Shown one piece after another: positions 27,255 through 35,482 of a stretch of 64,000 nt of DNA. The translations under genes were made by a program, and so were the position numbers. A model generated the notes under the pieces. It ran no database searches, was not told the origin of the DNA, and saw nothing but the letters and a program-made list of their open reading frames with translations. Source of the DNA: Clostridia bacterium (lineage in GTDB: Bacteria; Bacillota; Clostridia; UMGS1883); NCBI GenBank assembly GCA_045544395.1, contig JAZPYX010000064.1:39411-103410 (forward strand), given 5' to 3'. Each line of letters begins with the position of its first letter. The first letter of the stretch is position 1.

Positions 27255-29117
27255 TTACCCCCAATTACTTGTAATAAGCACATAGTCCCATCTTTCAATG
27301 TTATTGATTTTTACAAAAGTTCTGCCGTTTTCGTGACGCTGCGGCATAAGTGTAAGACTTCCATCCTTATTTATAATGCAGAAATCTTTATCACTGATAA
27401 TCTCAACCTCAAATTCTTCCGTGGGATCAAAATGCGCATTACAAAGCATAACTGTCTGCACTTCCCCGTTTTTGCCCTTTGCGTATGGAACAACCTTGAT
27501 TGATTTTTCAATCACCACGGGAAGTGTATTGCCCGAAAGCCAGCTGAAAATATTCATCATCTGTGTACGCTTTGACGCGGTCTGTGCCTGACCCGGCATC
27601 ATATAGCCATCAGCAATAAACTTTCTGCCGTCAGGGAATTCCTTTTTAATCATTGCTGCGCCGTGAACGGTCTGACCGGTTTTAAGGCTTGTCACAACCT
27701 CTGCCCCGTCGTCAGGTTTAAGAAGATATGCATCACCTTCATAATAAATATCCATTGAGGCATATCTTGTTTTTCCGCAAAATTCACCGTTAAGAGGATT
27801 GTCGTGGAAATATTCAATAACACCATTGGGGAATGCTTTTTCAACTTCACCGCAGGTTTTATCCCTGAAACCTCTTTCATTAAGAACGTCAAGTCCTTTA
27901 CCGTCTGTAATTACATTCTTTGCAAGTATTTTTAAGACCATGTCATCAGTGTACTGATTCCACTCTTCACCAAGCACGATTGCACTTGTTGCCGCATCAA
28001 GATTTGCAGTAACAGGGATGCTGATTTCACTCATATATCTTGCTGTAACAGCATCTGCACAGAATACACCCATATTTACGCAATCTTTGTTTACATCGGC
28101 AAGGACATCCCACTTATCCTTTGATTTACGAAGCATTTCAAAAAACTTCGGTTCATTAATCATTGTGGATCGATTATAAAGGACACCGTTACAGCCTACC
28201 ATTATTGCGATAGAGGTTTCCATTTCCGAAGTGTGGAAGGATTTTTCAAGAGTTCTTCCATTATAGGATTCGTATTCATACTGAACGTCTGTAACTCTGT
28301 CTGGATATTCTGCAAGTTCTTTCTGAATCCAGAAGCTTTTTTCAAAAAGTTCAAGGGTAAATCTGTCGTTAAAGTAACCGCCACCGGGTCTTCCCTTTGT
28401 GGCTTTACTTGCATCAATCCACTCATACACGTAATTGCATCCGCCCGACATATAGCCGATTTCAATTTTCGGGTCAATTGCCTTGATTGCATCGTGAATT
28501 TCATTAACCATATTACAAAGGGAGTCATAAGCACTTTCTTTCCATGTATCACGAAGTTCCTTGTCAGAATCCCACTTTGCCTGAATATCTGAAAGAGTAT
28601 AGTTTTTACTGTATGTTTTGTTATACTTTTTAACACATACAGGACAATAGCAGAACCCCTGGACAATTCCGTGATTTCCTACACGGACATCATCGTCAAG
28701 CCATATATAATCTGTACCTGTTTTCGCATACAATGTATATTTATCCTTTATATATTCAATGAATCTTTCATCAGCAGGGCAAAGACAGCTTCCTGACTCT
28801 ACGCCATCAAAGTTCACCATATACTGCATCTGTGCCTTTTCATGAAGTCCGCCACCGTCTTCTGTATGACCAAGTGTTGCAAGTACGTTTACACCAACCT
28901 TTTTAGCACCTAATTCCTTATATTTTTTTATTGCGGGGACAAGTAATTCTGCCTCTTTAATCGTATCCTCACGAGGGGTGTATCCGTGATGTGAACCACC
29001 TGCAAAAAGCGTTACTTCATCAACAACGTCAAGGTTTTTCTTAACCATATCAAGATACTTGTTAAGTGTTTCTTCACTTGTATAACTGTTTCTTCCTATT
29101 CTGAGTGCTATAAGCAT
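27255..29117 (-). CDS. Uncharacterised 620-aa cytoplasmic protein, probable carbohydrate-active enzyme
   Basis: A clean ORF with a GGAGAG RBS, co-oriented with the MFS gene and divergent from an AraC gene. It has a Cys cluster ..GFCYCPVCVKKY... I recognise no family. Confidence 0.5.
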   Translation of the reverse strand: MLIALRIGRNSYTSEETLNKYLDMVKKNLDVVDEVTLFAGGSHHGYTPREDTIKEAELLVPAIKKYKELGAKKVGVNVLATLGHTEDGGGLHEKAQMQYMVNFDGVESGSCLCPADERFIEYIKDKYTLYAKTGTDYIWLDDDVRVGNHGIVQGFCYCPVCVKKYNKTYSKNYTLSDIQAKWDSDKELRDTWKESAYDSLCNMVNEIHDAIKAIDPKIEIGYMSGGCNYVYEWIDASKATKGRPGGGYFNDRFTLELFEKSFWIQKELAEYPDRVTDVQYEYESYNGRTLEKSFHTSEMETSIAIMVGCNGVLYNRSTMINEPKFFEMLRKSKDKWDVLADVNKDCVNMGVFCADAVTARYMSEISIPVTANLDAATSAIVLGEEWNQYTDDMVLKILAKNVITDGKGLDVLNERGFRDKTCGEVEKAFPNGVIEYFHDNPLNGEFCGKTRYASMDIYYEGDAYLLKPDDGAEVVTSLKTGQTVHGAAMIKKEFPDGRKFIADGYMMPGQAQTASKRTQMMNIFSWLSGNTLPVVIEKSIKVVPYAKGKNGEVQTVMLCNAHFDPTEEFEVEIISDKDFCIINKDGSLTLMPQRHENGRTFVKINNIERWDYVLITSNWG

Positions 29118-29177
29118 ACCTTATCTCTCCTTTTATTGTTATGTTTAAAGCATAGCACCGCTTACACAGTATTTCAA

Positions 29178-29212
29178 TGTAAAATTGTTGTATATTTTTG
29201 TAAAATTGTTGT
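29178..29212. promoter_or_regulatory. Direct repeat TGTAAAATTGTTGT x2 with 21-bp period (candidate AraC-type operator)
   Basis: The exact 14-mers are at 29178..29191 and 29199..29212. They lie in the divergent region between the 620-aa/MFS operon and the AraC gene. Confidence 0.5.
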
Positions 29213-29258
29213 TTTTTATAATTTTTTATGCTATAGTAAACCCAAAGGAAGTGCTTAT

Positions 29259-30074
29259 ATGAAAGATAATTTCTTTGTAAATCCATTTTGCAATAATGAT
29301 GACTATATAAGTCTTTTTGCCTGCGGTTACGGACCGGGTTCGAAAAACAATGCAAAAAGAACAGAAATCAGGAATGAATATATTCTCCACTATGTTGAAA
29401 AAGGAAAAGGCTATTTTGAAACAGGCGGAAAAACATATGCTGTTTCCGAAGGCGACATCTTCACAATTTTCCCCGGAGAAAGAATCTGCTACTATTCTGA
29501 CACCGAAACTCCGTGGACTAACTGCTGGATAAATTTCGTAGGCAAAGGTGCAAAAGAAATGCTTTCACGGTCAGAAATCACAAAGACTTCCCCTGTTATC
29601 TCTGTTAAAAATGGCAGTTTCACAGATACAGTAAAGCATTGCCTTAAATATGTAAATTCCGGTTATTATACGCAGACACGCCTCAGTGCTTATGTTCTTG
29701 AATTTTTGTCTTTGACAGAAAACAAAAAAGCTGACATACTTACAAAGAAAGAAAAGTACATAAGCTCCGCAATATCATATATGGAGTACAACTTTTCAGA
29801 TGGTATTTCCTCATCGGATGTCAGCAATTACCTAGGTCTTGAACGCTCATATTTTTACAGAATATTTAAAAGGGAAACAGGCATTTCCCCTACGGATTAT
29901 CTTGCAGACCTCCGTATAGAAAAAGCAAAACAGTTGATTGCGTCGGGGGAAAGTATCACTCTTACTTCATCCGCTGTCGGCATAAATGATATTTACTATT
30001 TCAGCAAACTCTTCACAAAGAAAGTCAAAATGACGCCTACTGCATACAGAAAAGCCGTTAAATATAACAGATAA
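29259..30074 (+). CDS. AraC family transcriptional regulator
   Basis: The ATG at 29259 (MKDNFFVNPF..) follows AAAGGAAG. It has an N-terminal cupin and a C-terminal HTH (..YFYRIFKRETGISPTDY.., ..NDIYYFSKLFTKKVKMTPTAYR..). Confidence 0.85.
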   Translation: MKDNFFVNPFCNNDDYISLFACGYGPGSKNNAKRTEIRNEYILHYVEKGKGYFETGGKTYAVSEGDIFTIFPGERICYYSDTETPWTNCWINFVGKGAKEMLSRSEITKTSPVISVKNGSFTDTVKHCLKYVNSGYYTQTRLSAYVLEFLSLTENKKADILTKKEKYISSAISYMEYNFSDGISSSDVSNYLGLERSYFYRIFKRETGISPTDYLADLRIEKAKQLIASGESITLTSSAVGINDIYYFSKLFTKKVKMTPTAYRKAVKYNR

Positions 30075-30078
30075 ATAA

Positions 30079-30107
30079 TTGACAAGACTATCAATTCGTT
30101 ATATAAT
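30079..30107 (+). promoter_or_regulatory. Consensus sigma-A promoter for the creatininase-family gene
   Basis: TTGACA (30079..30084), a 17-nt spacer, then TATAAT (30102..30107). Confidence 0.55.
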
Positions 30108-30166
30108 AACGTTAATTAGGTTGCTATTAATCTAAACTATTATTAAATTTTTAAGGGGGCCATATT

Positions 30167-30904
30167 ATGCAACTGATTAATATGTTTCACGACCAGGTTG
30201 AAGACGCTGTAAAAAGAAAAGTACCGTTTATCATCCCGATTGGTACTATCGAATACCATGCATGTCACGCTTCTTGCGGAACAGATACTATGGTAATCAA
30301 CGGATGCCTTCGTGAACTTGAAAAAGAAAAGGAAATTGTTATTTGTCCGCCTATCTGGTATGGTGTTGCTTCTTACGCTGTATGCACACCCAGACCTGAC
30401 CATGTACACGTTGACGAGGATGCTTACGCACAGTATTTGTACTGCATTCTTAAGTCAATGATTACCGGTGGTATCAAGAACATCTATCTTGTTCCCCATC
30501 ATCAGACAGAGGGCGCAGGTCTTATGCCTATGACAATCGCTTGCCACAAAGCAGCAAAGAAAGTTACTATGGAATATATGGAAGAAACTCTCGGCAAAGG
30601 CTGGTGGGGCAGCGATTCTTACGCAAGCTACTACGAAAACCTCGGTGGCGGAGAAGATCCATTCTCATACATTAAAGTTATTCCTCTTATCGGTGCTGAT
30701 GCACAGATTAAATGCGGTGGTTTCGACCATGCCGGAAAATGGGAAACAAGCCTTATGATGGGTACATATCCCGAAAACGTTGATTTAAGCCGTTGTGCAC
30801 AGAATACAGAATGGTTTGCAGAAAGCGCAAAGGAAGCTTCTGAAGAAACAGGTAAACATATGGTTGAATGTACACTTGAATGGCTTCGTGAAGCAATAAA
30901 CTAA
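30167..30904 (+). CDS. Creatininase family amidohydrolase
   Basis: 245 aa. The segment ..IIPIGTIEYHACHASCGTDT.. fits the P-x-G-x-x-E-x-H-x-x-H..TD metal-binding N-terminal pattern of the family. Confidence 0.6.
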   Translation: MQLINMFHDQVEDAVKRKVPFIIPIGTIEYHACHASCGTDTMVINGCLRELEKEKEIVICPPIWYGVASYAVCTPRPDHVHVDEDAYAQYLYCILKSMITGGIKNIYLVPHHQTEGAGLMPMTIACHKAAKKVTMEYMEETLGKGWWGSDSYASYYENLGGGEDPFSYIKVIPLIGADAQIKCGGFDHAGKWETSLMMGTYPENVDLSRCAQNTEWFAESAKEASEETGKHMVECTLEWLREAIN

Positions 30905-30960
30905 AAATTAAAGGAAATATATAAAAGCAATATTATTAAGTTAAGAAAAATACGATATTC

Positions 30961-31008
30961 AAAAATACACTTAACAAAGCCAAATAGCTTGAAGTTAAGT
31001 GTATTTTT
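30961..31008. terminator. Bidirectional terminator (15-bp stem)
   Basis: AAAAATACACTTAAC ..18 nt.. GTTAAGTGTATTTTT lies between convergent genes. Confidence 0.7.
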
Positions 31009-31043
31009 TGTAATAGTGATTATTTACATCACTTTATATTTAA

Positions 31044-32327
31044 TTAATTCTCCTTACAGAATTTCACCATATTTCTGAATGCCGCATCGGCAATCTGCAT
31101 ATACCCTTCTTCAATGGGGTGAAGTCCGTTCACACTCATCATTTCCGTCTTTTTACTTCTTGAATTAACGGGTTTTTCCACTTCTGGAAAGTTATTGTCA
31201 CAGTCAAACTGTCCTGAAGTATTGATATACTCAACAAAGTCGCTGTATTCAGGCTCGTTTGCCCACGTCTGATAAAGCTCATTAAGACGAAGAACAAATC
31301 TGCGCAAGTTATATCCGTCACAATAGGGCATGACTGCACCGTAGTTCCAGCCAACACCGCCAGTGGTTGCAGGCATTATAATTCCCATAACCTTAAGCTT
31401 TGCATTGGGATAATCCTTATGCAAGAGGTCTGCAATAACTTTTGCCTGACGGACAACGTCGGGACAGTAATCGAGAATGTCACCTTTAACATCAAGCAGA
31501 CCGTTCATTCCCAGCATAACATACATTGCATCAATTCTCTCAAATCCGTTTCTTTCGCAATATTTTGTAAAGCTGATGGAATCTGATTCTTCATCATAAA
31601 AAGGACTGCATTTTTCGTATACAGACGATGTAAAAATAATGTCATCTGTATGTATAGCATTTGCAACGTGGGTAAGCTTTCCGCTTTCAGGTCTGACACC
31701 GTTATTATTACCGTATGGAAGGAATTTAAGCCTTCTTATGTCAAGGGTTTCAAGTTTCCACTCGTTTCCGTTTTCATCTTTCCATATAGAATGTTGATCT
31801 TCTGCATCCATATTATAGTCTGTGTGAACCCACATATTTGTATTTCCGGTTTCGGTAAAGGTTTTCCAAAGCCATCCACCATAGCCTTCGTACCCCGTGT
31901 TTTCCTTTTTACAAGTACCTACAAAGTTGATATTTTCAAATCCAAGACCTGTCGGCTCTCCGTCCTTTGCGGTAAGACGGCGGTTTGCCTCATTCGCCCA
32001 CTGACCGCCTGCAGTTGTGGATGAACCCATACAAAGGATATTAAGAGGTCTTGTATTTGCCTTGGGTGCATTTGCAACAAGGCGTGTTTTTTTGCTTCCG
32101 AGAAGATTTTTCTTTGCATCAAACACAGAAATTGTAAGCTCATATTCCCCTTCTTCTTCCGGAATGAATTCGTAATATCTGGGGAAACCCTTACCCTTCT
32201 GACAAGTTGCAAGAATGTCATATACAAAAGGATTAGGTGCTTCAATTATACCTCTGTAAAAAAGCTGAAAGGTATCGCCCACCACAAGGTCATATTTATC
32301 TGCTAAAACCACTTTAATTTCTTCCAT
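31044..32327 (-). CDS. SGNH/GDSL family hydrolase (probable carbohydrate esterase) with an N-terminal beta-sandwich domain
   Basis: Block I is ILCMGSSTTAGG and block V is ..NGLHPIEEGY... The ATG at 32325-32327 follows GGAGTG. The upstream gene's stop codon lies between the RBS and the ATG. Confidence 0.7.
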   Translation of the reverse strand: MEEIKVVLADKYDLVVGDTFQLFYRGIIEAPNPFVYDILATCQKGKGFPRYYEFIPEEEGEYELTISVFDAKKNLLGSKKTRLVANAPKANTRPLNILCMGSSTTAGGQWANEANRRLTAKDGEPTGLGFENINFVGTCKKENTGYEGYGGWLWKTFTETGNTNMWVHTDYNMDAEDQHSIWKDENGNEWKLETLDIRRLKFLPYGNNNGVRPESGKLTHVANAIHTDDIIFTSSVYEKCSPFYDEESDSISFTKYCERNGFERIDAMYVMLGMNGLLDVKGDILDYCPDVVRQAKVIADLLHKDYPNAKLKVMGIIMPATTGGVGWNYGAVMPYCDGYNLRRFVLRLNELYQTWANEPEYSDFVEYINTSGQFDCDNNFPEVEKPVNSRSKKTEMMSVNGLHPIEEGYMQIADAAFRNMVKFCKEN

Positions 32328-32329
32328 TT

Positions 32330-34234
32330 TTAACACTCCTTTTTTGTATCAAATACTATTACAGCACCGTCATTTGCACCAATTCTGATGCCGTCAGCAA
32401 GAACTTCTGCTTTACCGATAATTTCCTTTATTTTAAGGTCTGAATTAAGTTTTACAACCTCTTCATCAGGTCTGTAATTTACAAGGACAGCTTTAACAAA
32501 TCCTTTTTCAGGATGCTCTGTAACACCAACATAAGGATTGTCGCTGAACACGCGTTTTTCAGGGTTACGAAGCTTTGGCATAAGTGAGTAAATCTTCTCA
32601 TAACTGATAGCTTTTTCACCGCTACAACTGCCGGGAGTACCTGCGGCAAAGTCTTCAATAGGATATGCAAGAAAGTAAATTGTACCCTTGCCGTATGATT
32701 TTTCTGTAAGAACAGGCTTTCCGTTTTCGTCACGGAGAAGGACTTTACAGTCAAGCTCTTTATATGTAGTGCTGTATTTTCCCTGAAGCGGAATTTTTTT
32801 GCCGTCAATTTCTGCATAAACAGGCTCTGTCATAGCATTTCTGTACTGTACCTGCATACCTGCAAGGTTATCTATAGGCTCACAAAGAAGTGCATCGTCA
32901 ACAGACATATAAAGTGTTGCACCATTTTCAACCTTTTCAAGTATTTCGTCAAGCTGATGCTTGAAAACTGCAACCGAACCTTTAAGCGACGGCAACATAT
33001 ATGCCTTTGCTTCGGGGATTTTATCGTCAACATAACAGTATTCAATGTCAAGCTGTGCTTTCTTGGCTGTAAGGAATGTACCGAAAGTAGTTTTCCACGG
33101 GTCGGGAATATTTGCAATAATACATACTGCATCTACAATTCTGTCGGAGAGCTTTCCAGCCTTTTCCTGCACAGCAGTAAAATCTGCCATTGCCTTTACA
33201 ATAGGCTTTGGAGACATATCTTTACGGAAAAATCCAAGGTATCTTTCAATGCCCGACCAATCATAAGGCGTATTTGTAAGATGTCCCTGATCAAATGCAC
33301 ACCACCACATAGAGCCGAGGCAGTTATGTGCCCATCCTGAATAAAGGACAGACCTGTAAAAATCTGCCGCAACTTCATCCGATGCAATGGAAGGTCCGAG
33401 AGCGCCTACTTCCTCAATAAATGCAGGTTTTCCCGAAAGTCCTCTGTAATAAAGAGTTTGTGCTGACGAATGCAGAATTGTCTTCATTTCATTAAGAGGA
33501 TCACTGTCACAACAAGGGGTATAAAGTGTATAGGGATGTGTACACACTACATCAAGAATTTCGCCCTGATCACGAAATCTCCAGTTGTTATTTGGCTGCA
33601 TACCGTGCATACCCGATACAACAGGACGTGTATTATCACAGGACAAAATTGCGTTTGTGATAGTTGACATCCATACGTAAGACTGTTCGCTGTTTGTTAC
33701 TTCACCCATACAGTTACATTCGTTACCTAAATCCCATGCAGAAATTGCACTGTGCTCTTTAAAACGGTTAACCATATATTTTACAAACTTAATCTGCCAT
33801 TTTATTGAACGCGGGTCCGTAATGGGATTGAAGTTGAGAAGTGCTTCGGGCATATAAAGTCTGCCACTCATCCATCCTGTGACAAGACCTACAATAAATT
33901 TAATACCGTTCTCTTTACCTATGTCAAGAAATGTCTGAAATCTTTCTATCATTACAGTGTCAACGCCTGCCACACCCTCGGGAGTATGCTCGAAAGGGTT
34001 TTCCCCGAGACGCATTTCTTTGGGCAACACATTATAGTCAAGGTGAAGCCTTATAGGCTGAAAATCAGACCACAGTGGGAAAATACGAAGAACCTTGATT
34101 CCGTTTTTGGAAAGAAGCTTAAGGTCACGCCTTACAACATCCTCGTCCCAGTTTTTCCACATATCTATACCTGCGTGAGATGCCCAGTAGTTACATCCGA
34201 GAAAAAATTCGTTATTTATAAAAATGTTATTCAT
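32330..34234 (-). CDS. Clan GH-A (GH5-like) glycoside hydrolase
   Basis: 634 aa and cytoplasmic. The acid/base segment is WDLGNECN and the candidate nucleophile segment is FIEEVG. The N-terminal TIM-barrel pattern is ..GIKVLRIFPLWSDFQP... Confidence 0.6.
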   Translation of the reverse strand: MNNIFINNEFFLGCNYWASHAGIDMWKNWDEDVVRRDLKLLSKNGIKVLRIFPLWSDFQPIRLHLDYNVLPKEMRLGENPFEHTPEGVAGVDTVMIERFQTFLDIGKENGIKFIVGLVTGWMSGRLYMPEALLNFNPITDPRSIKWQIKFVKYMVNRFKEHSAISAWDLGNECNCMGEVTNSEQSYVWMSTITNAILSCDNTRPVVSGMHGMQPNNNWRFRDQGEILDVVCTHPYTLYTPCCDSDPLNEMKTILHSSAQTLYYRGLSGKPAFIEEVGALGPSIASDEVAADFYRSVLYSGWAHNCLGSMWWCAFDQGHLTNTPYDWSGIERYLGFFRKDMSPKPIVKAMADFTAVQEKAGKLSDRIVDAVCIIANIPDPWKTTFGTFLTAKKAQLDIEYCYVDDKIPEAKAYMLPSLKGSVAVFKHQLDEILEKVENGATLYMSVDDALLCEPIDNLAGMQVQYRNAMTEPVYAEIDGKKIPLQGKYSTTYKELDCKVLLRDENGKPVLTEKSYGKGTIYFLAYPIEDFAAGTPGSCSGEKAISYEKIYSLMPKLRNPEKRVFSDNPYVGVTEHPEKGFVKAVLVNYRPDEEVVKLNSDLKIKEIIGKAEVLADGIRIGANDGAVIVFDTKKEC

Positions 34235-34294
34235 AATATTTCCTCCATATTCAAACTACCATAATTATACTATATCACACATATTATTCAAGAT

Positions 34295-34330
34295 ACAAGA
34301 GACAAAATCTAATATTAGTAGACAAAATCT
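34295..34330 (-). promoter_or_regulatory. Direct repeat (AGA)TTTTGTC x2 with 20-bp period, upstream of the GH5-like operon
   Basis: The minus strand reads AGATTTTGTCTACTAATATTAGATTTTGTCTCTTGT. Nearly the same 33-nt motif is at 45070..45102, upstream of the GH20 gene in the same orientation. Confidence 0.5.
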
Positions 34331-34347
34331 GACATTCAGGTAACTTT

Positions 34348-34447
34348 AAAAAGAAGCGTGTCACTTCACCCTTGTCGCGTACGTATAAAGTGCGAATATA
34401 ATTTCACGCATATTAATTCATGCAATTTCCTATACAGTAAAAAGAAA
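34348..34447. other. Conserved ~100-nt intergenic element, copy B
   Basis: It shares sequence blocks with 6121..6220. The equivalent hairpin is GAAGCG-TGT-CACTTC, which on the minus strand reads GAAGTG..CGCTTC with a U-G pair, followed by a T-run. Confidence 0.4.
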
Positions 34448-34448
34448 G

Positions 34449-34483
34449 GGGAATGTAAAGAAATTCGATTTCTTTACATTCCC
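34449..34483. terminator. Intrinsic terminator of the kdgK-eda operon (16-bp stem)
   Basis: GGGAATGTAAAGAAAT-TCG-ATTTCTTTACATTCCC, with a T-rich tract on the minus strand. Confidence 0.8.
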
Positions 34484-34498
34484 ACTTTAATTTTAAAA

Positions 34499-35464
34499 TT
34501 ACTTTTTCTGAATAAGGTGAATACCAAATCCGCCAAATTCTTCTGCAAGATATATAAACTTTCTTGTGCCGTCGTCATTGTATGTAGCACTTTCTTCGTT
34601 AAACTTGATACCCTTTGCACCAAGATGATAGATAGCTCTTTCAACATTATTTGTAAGAATTGCAATATGTCCGCATCTTCCTGGACCGTTTGACTTCATA
34701 ATTTCAAACTGGCTGCCTACAAACATACCCTTTGCACTTTCTCTTTCAACGGGTTTACCAAGGAACATAGAAAGCATTTCTGCTGTTTTCTTAGCTTCTT
34801 CTTCGTTATCATGGTTGATTCCGATATGCCCGATTTCAAGACCAAGCATTGTATCAACAGACTTCTTTGTAAGAGCTGTGATTTCATCCCACTGGTCATT
34901 ATCAATGTAACTTTCCTTAACCATGAAACTGCCACCGCAAGCAACAATCTTGTTATTTGCAAGATATTCGTTTACGTTGTCAAGGCTTACACCACCTGTA
35001 GGCATAAACTTAACATTGCCGTAAGGAGCTGACATAGCTTTGATTTTAGCAAGGCCACCACTTTGTTCTGCAGGGAAGAACTTAACTACCTTAAGACCAA
35101 GTTCAAGAGCACCTTCAATTTCAGAAGGTGTAGTACATCCTGGAAGGGGTGTTACTCCCTTTTCAAGGCACCAAGAAACAACCTTGGGGTTGAAACCAGG
35201 GCTAACGATAAATTTAGCACCTGCATCAAGTGCACGCTGTGCCTGTTCAATAGTAAGAACAGTACCTGCACCAACAATCATATCAGGATAAGCCTGTGTA
35301 ATCGCACGGATAGCATCTTCTGCTGCATCTGTTCTGAAAGTAACCTCTGCTGCTGCAAGGCCGCCATCAATAAGAGCCTTTGCCAGCGGAACTGCCTTTG
35401 ATGCATCATTAATTTTAATTACCGGAATAATACCTATATTATAAATCTGCTTTAACATATCCAT
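34499..35464 (-). CDS. eda: KDPG/KHG aldolase fused to a C-terminal VOC (glyoxalase-fold) domain
   Basis: Residues 1-~212 look like Eda (..IIPVIKI.., ..AAEVTFRT.., ..VKFFPAE.., ..MPTGGV..). Residues ~213-321 have paired VOC-like modules (..IGHIGINHDNEEEAKKTAEMLSMFLG.., ..GHIAILTNNVERAIYHLGAKGIKF..). Confidence 0.7.
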   Translation of the reverse strand: MDMLKQIYNIGIIPVIKINDASKAVPLAKALIDGGLAAAEVTFRTDAAEDAIRAITQAYPDMIVGAGTVLTIEQAQRALDAGAKFIVSPGFNPKVVSWCLEKGVTPLPGCTTPSEIEGALELGLKVVKFFPAEQSGGLAKIKAMSAPYGNVKFMPTGGVSLDNVNEYLANNKIVACGGSFMVKESYIDNDQWDEITALTKKSVDTMLGLEIGHIGINHDNEEEAKKTAEMLSMFLGKPVERESAKGMFVGSQFEIMKSNGPGRCGHIAILTNNVERAIYHLGAKGIKFNEESATYNDDGTRKFIYLAEEFGGFGIHLIQKK

Positions 35465-35482
35465 TGTAATCTTCCTTTCAAT

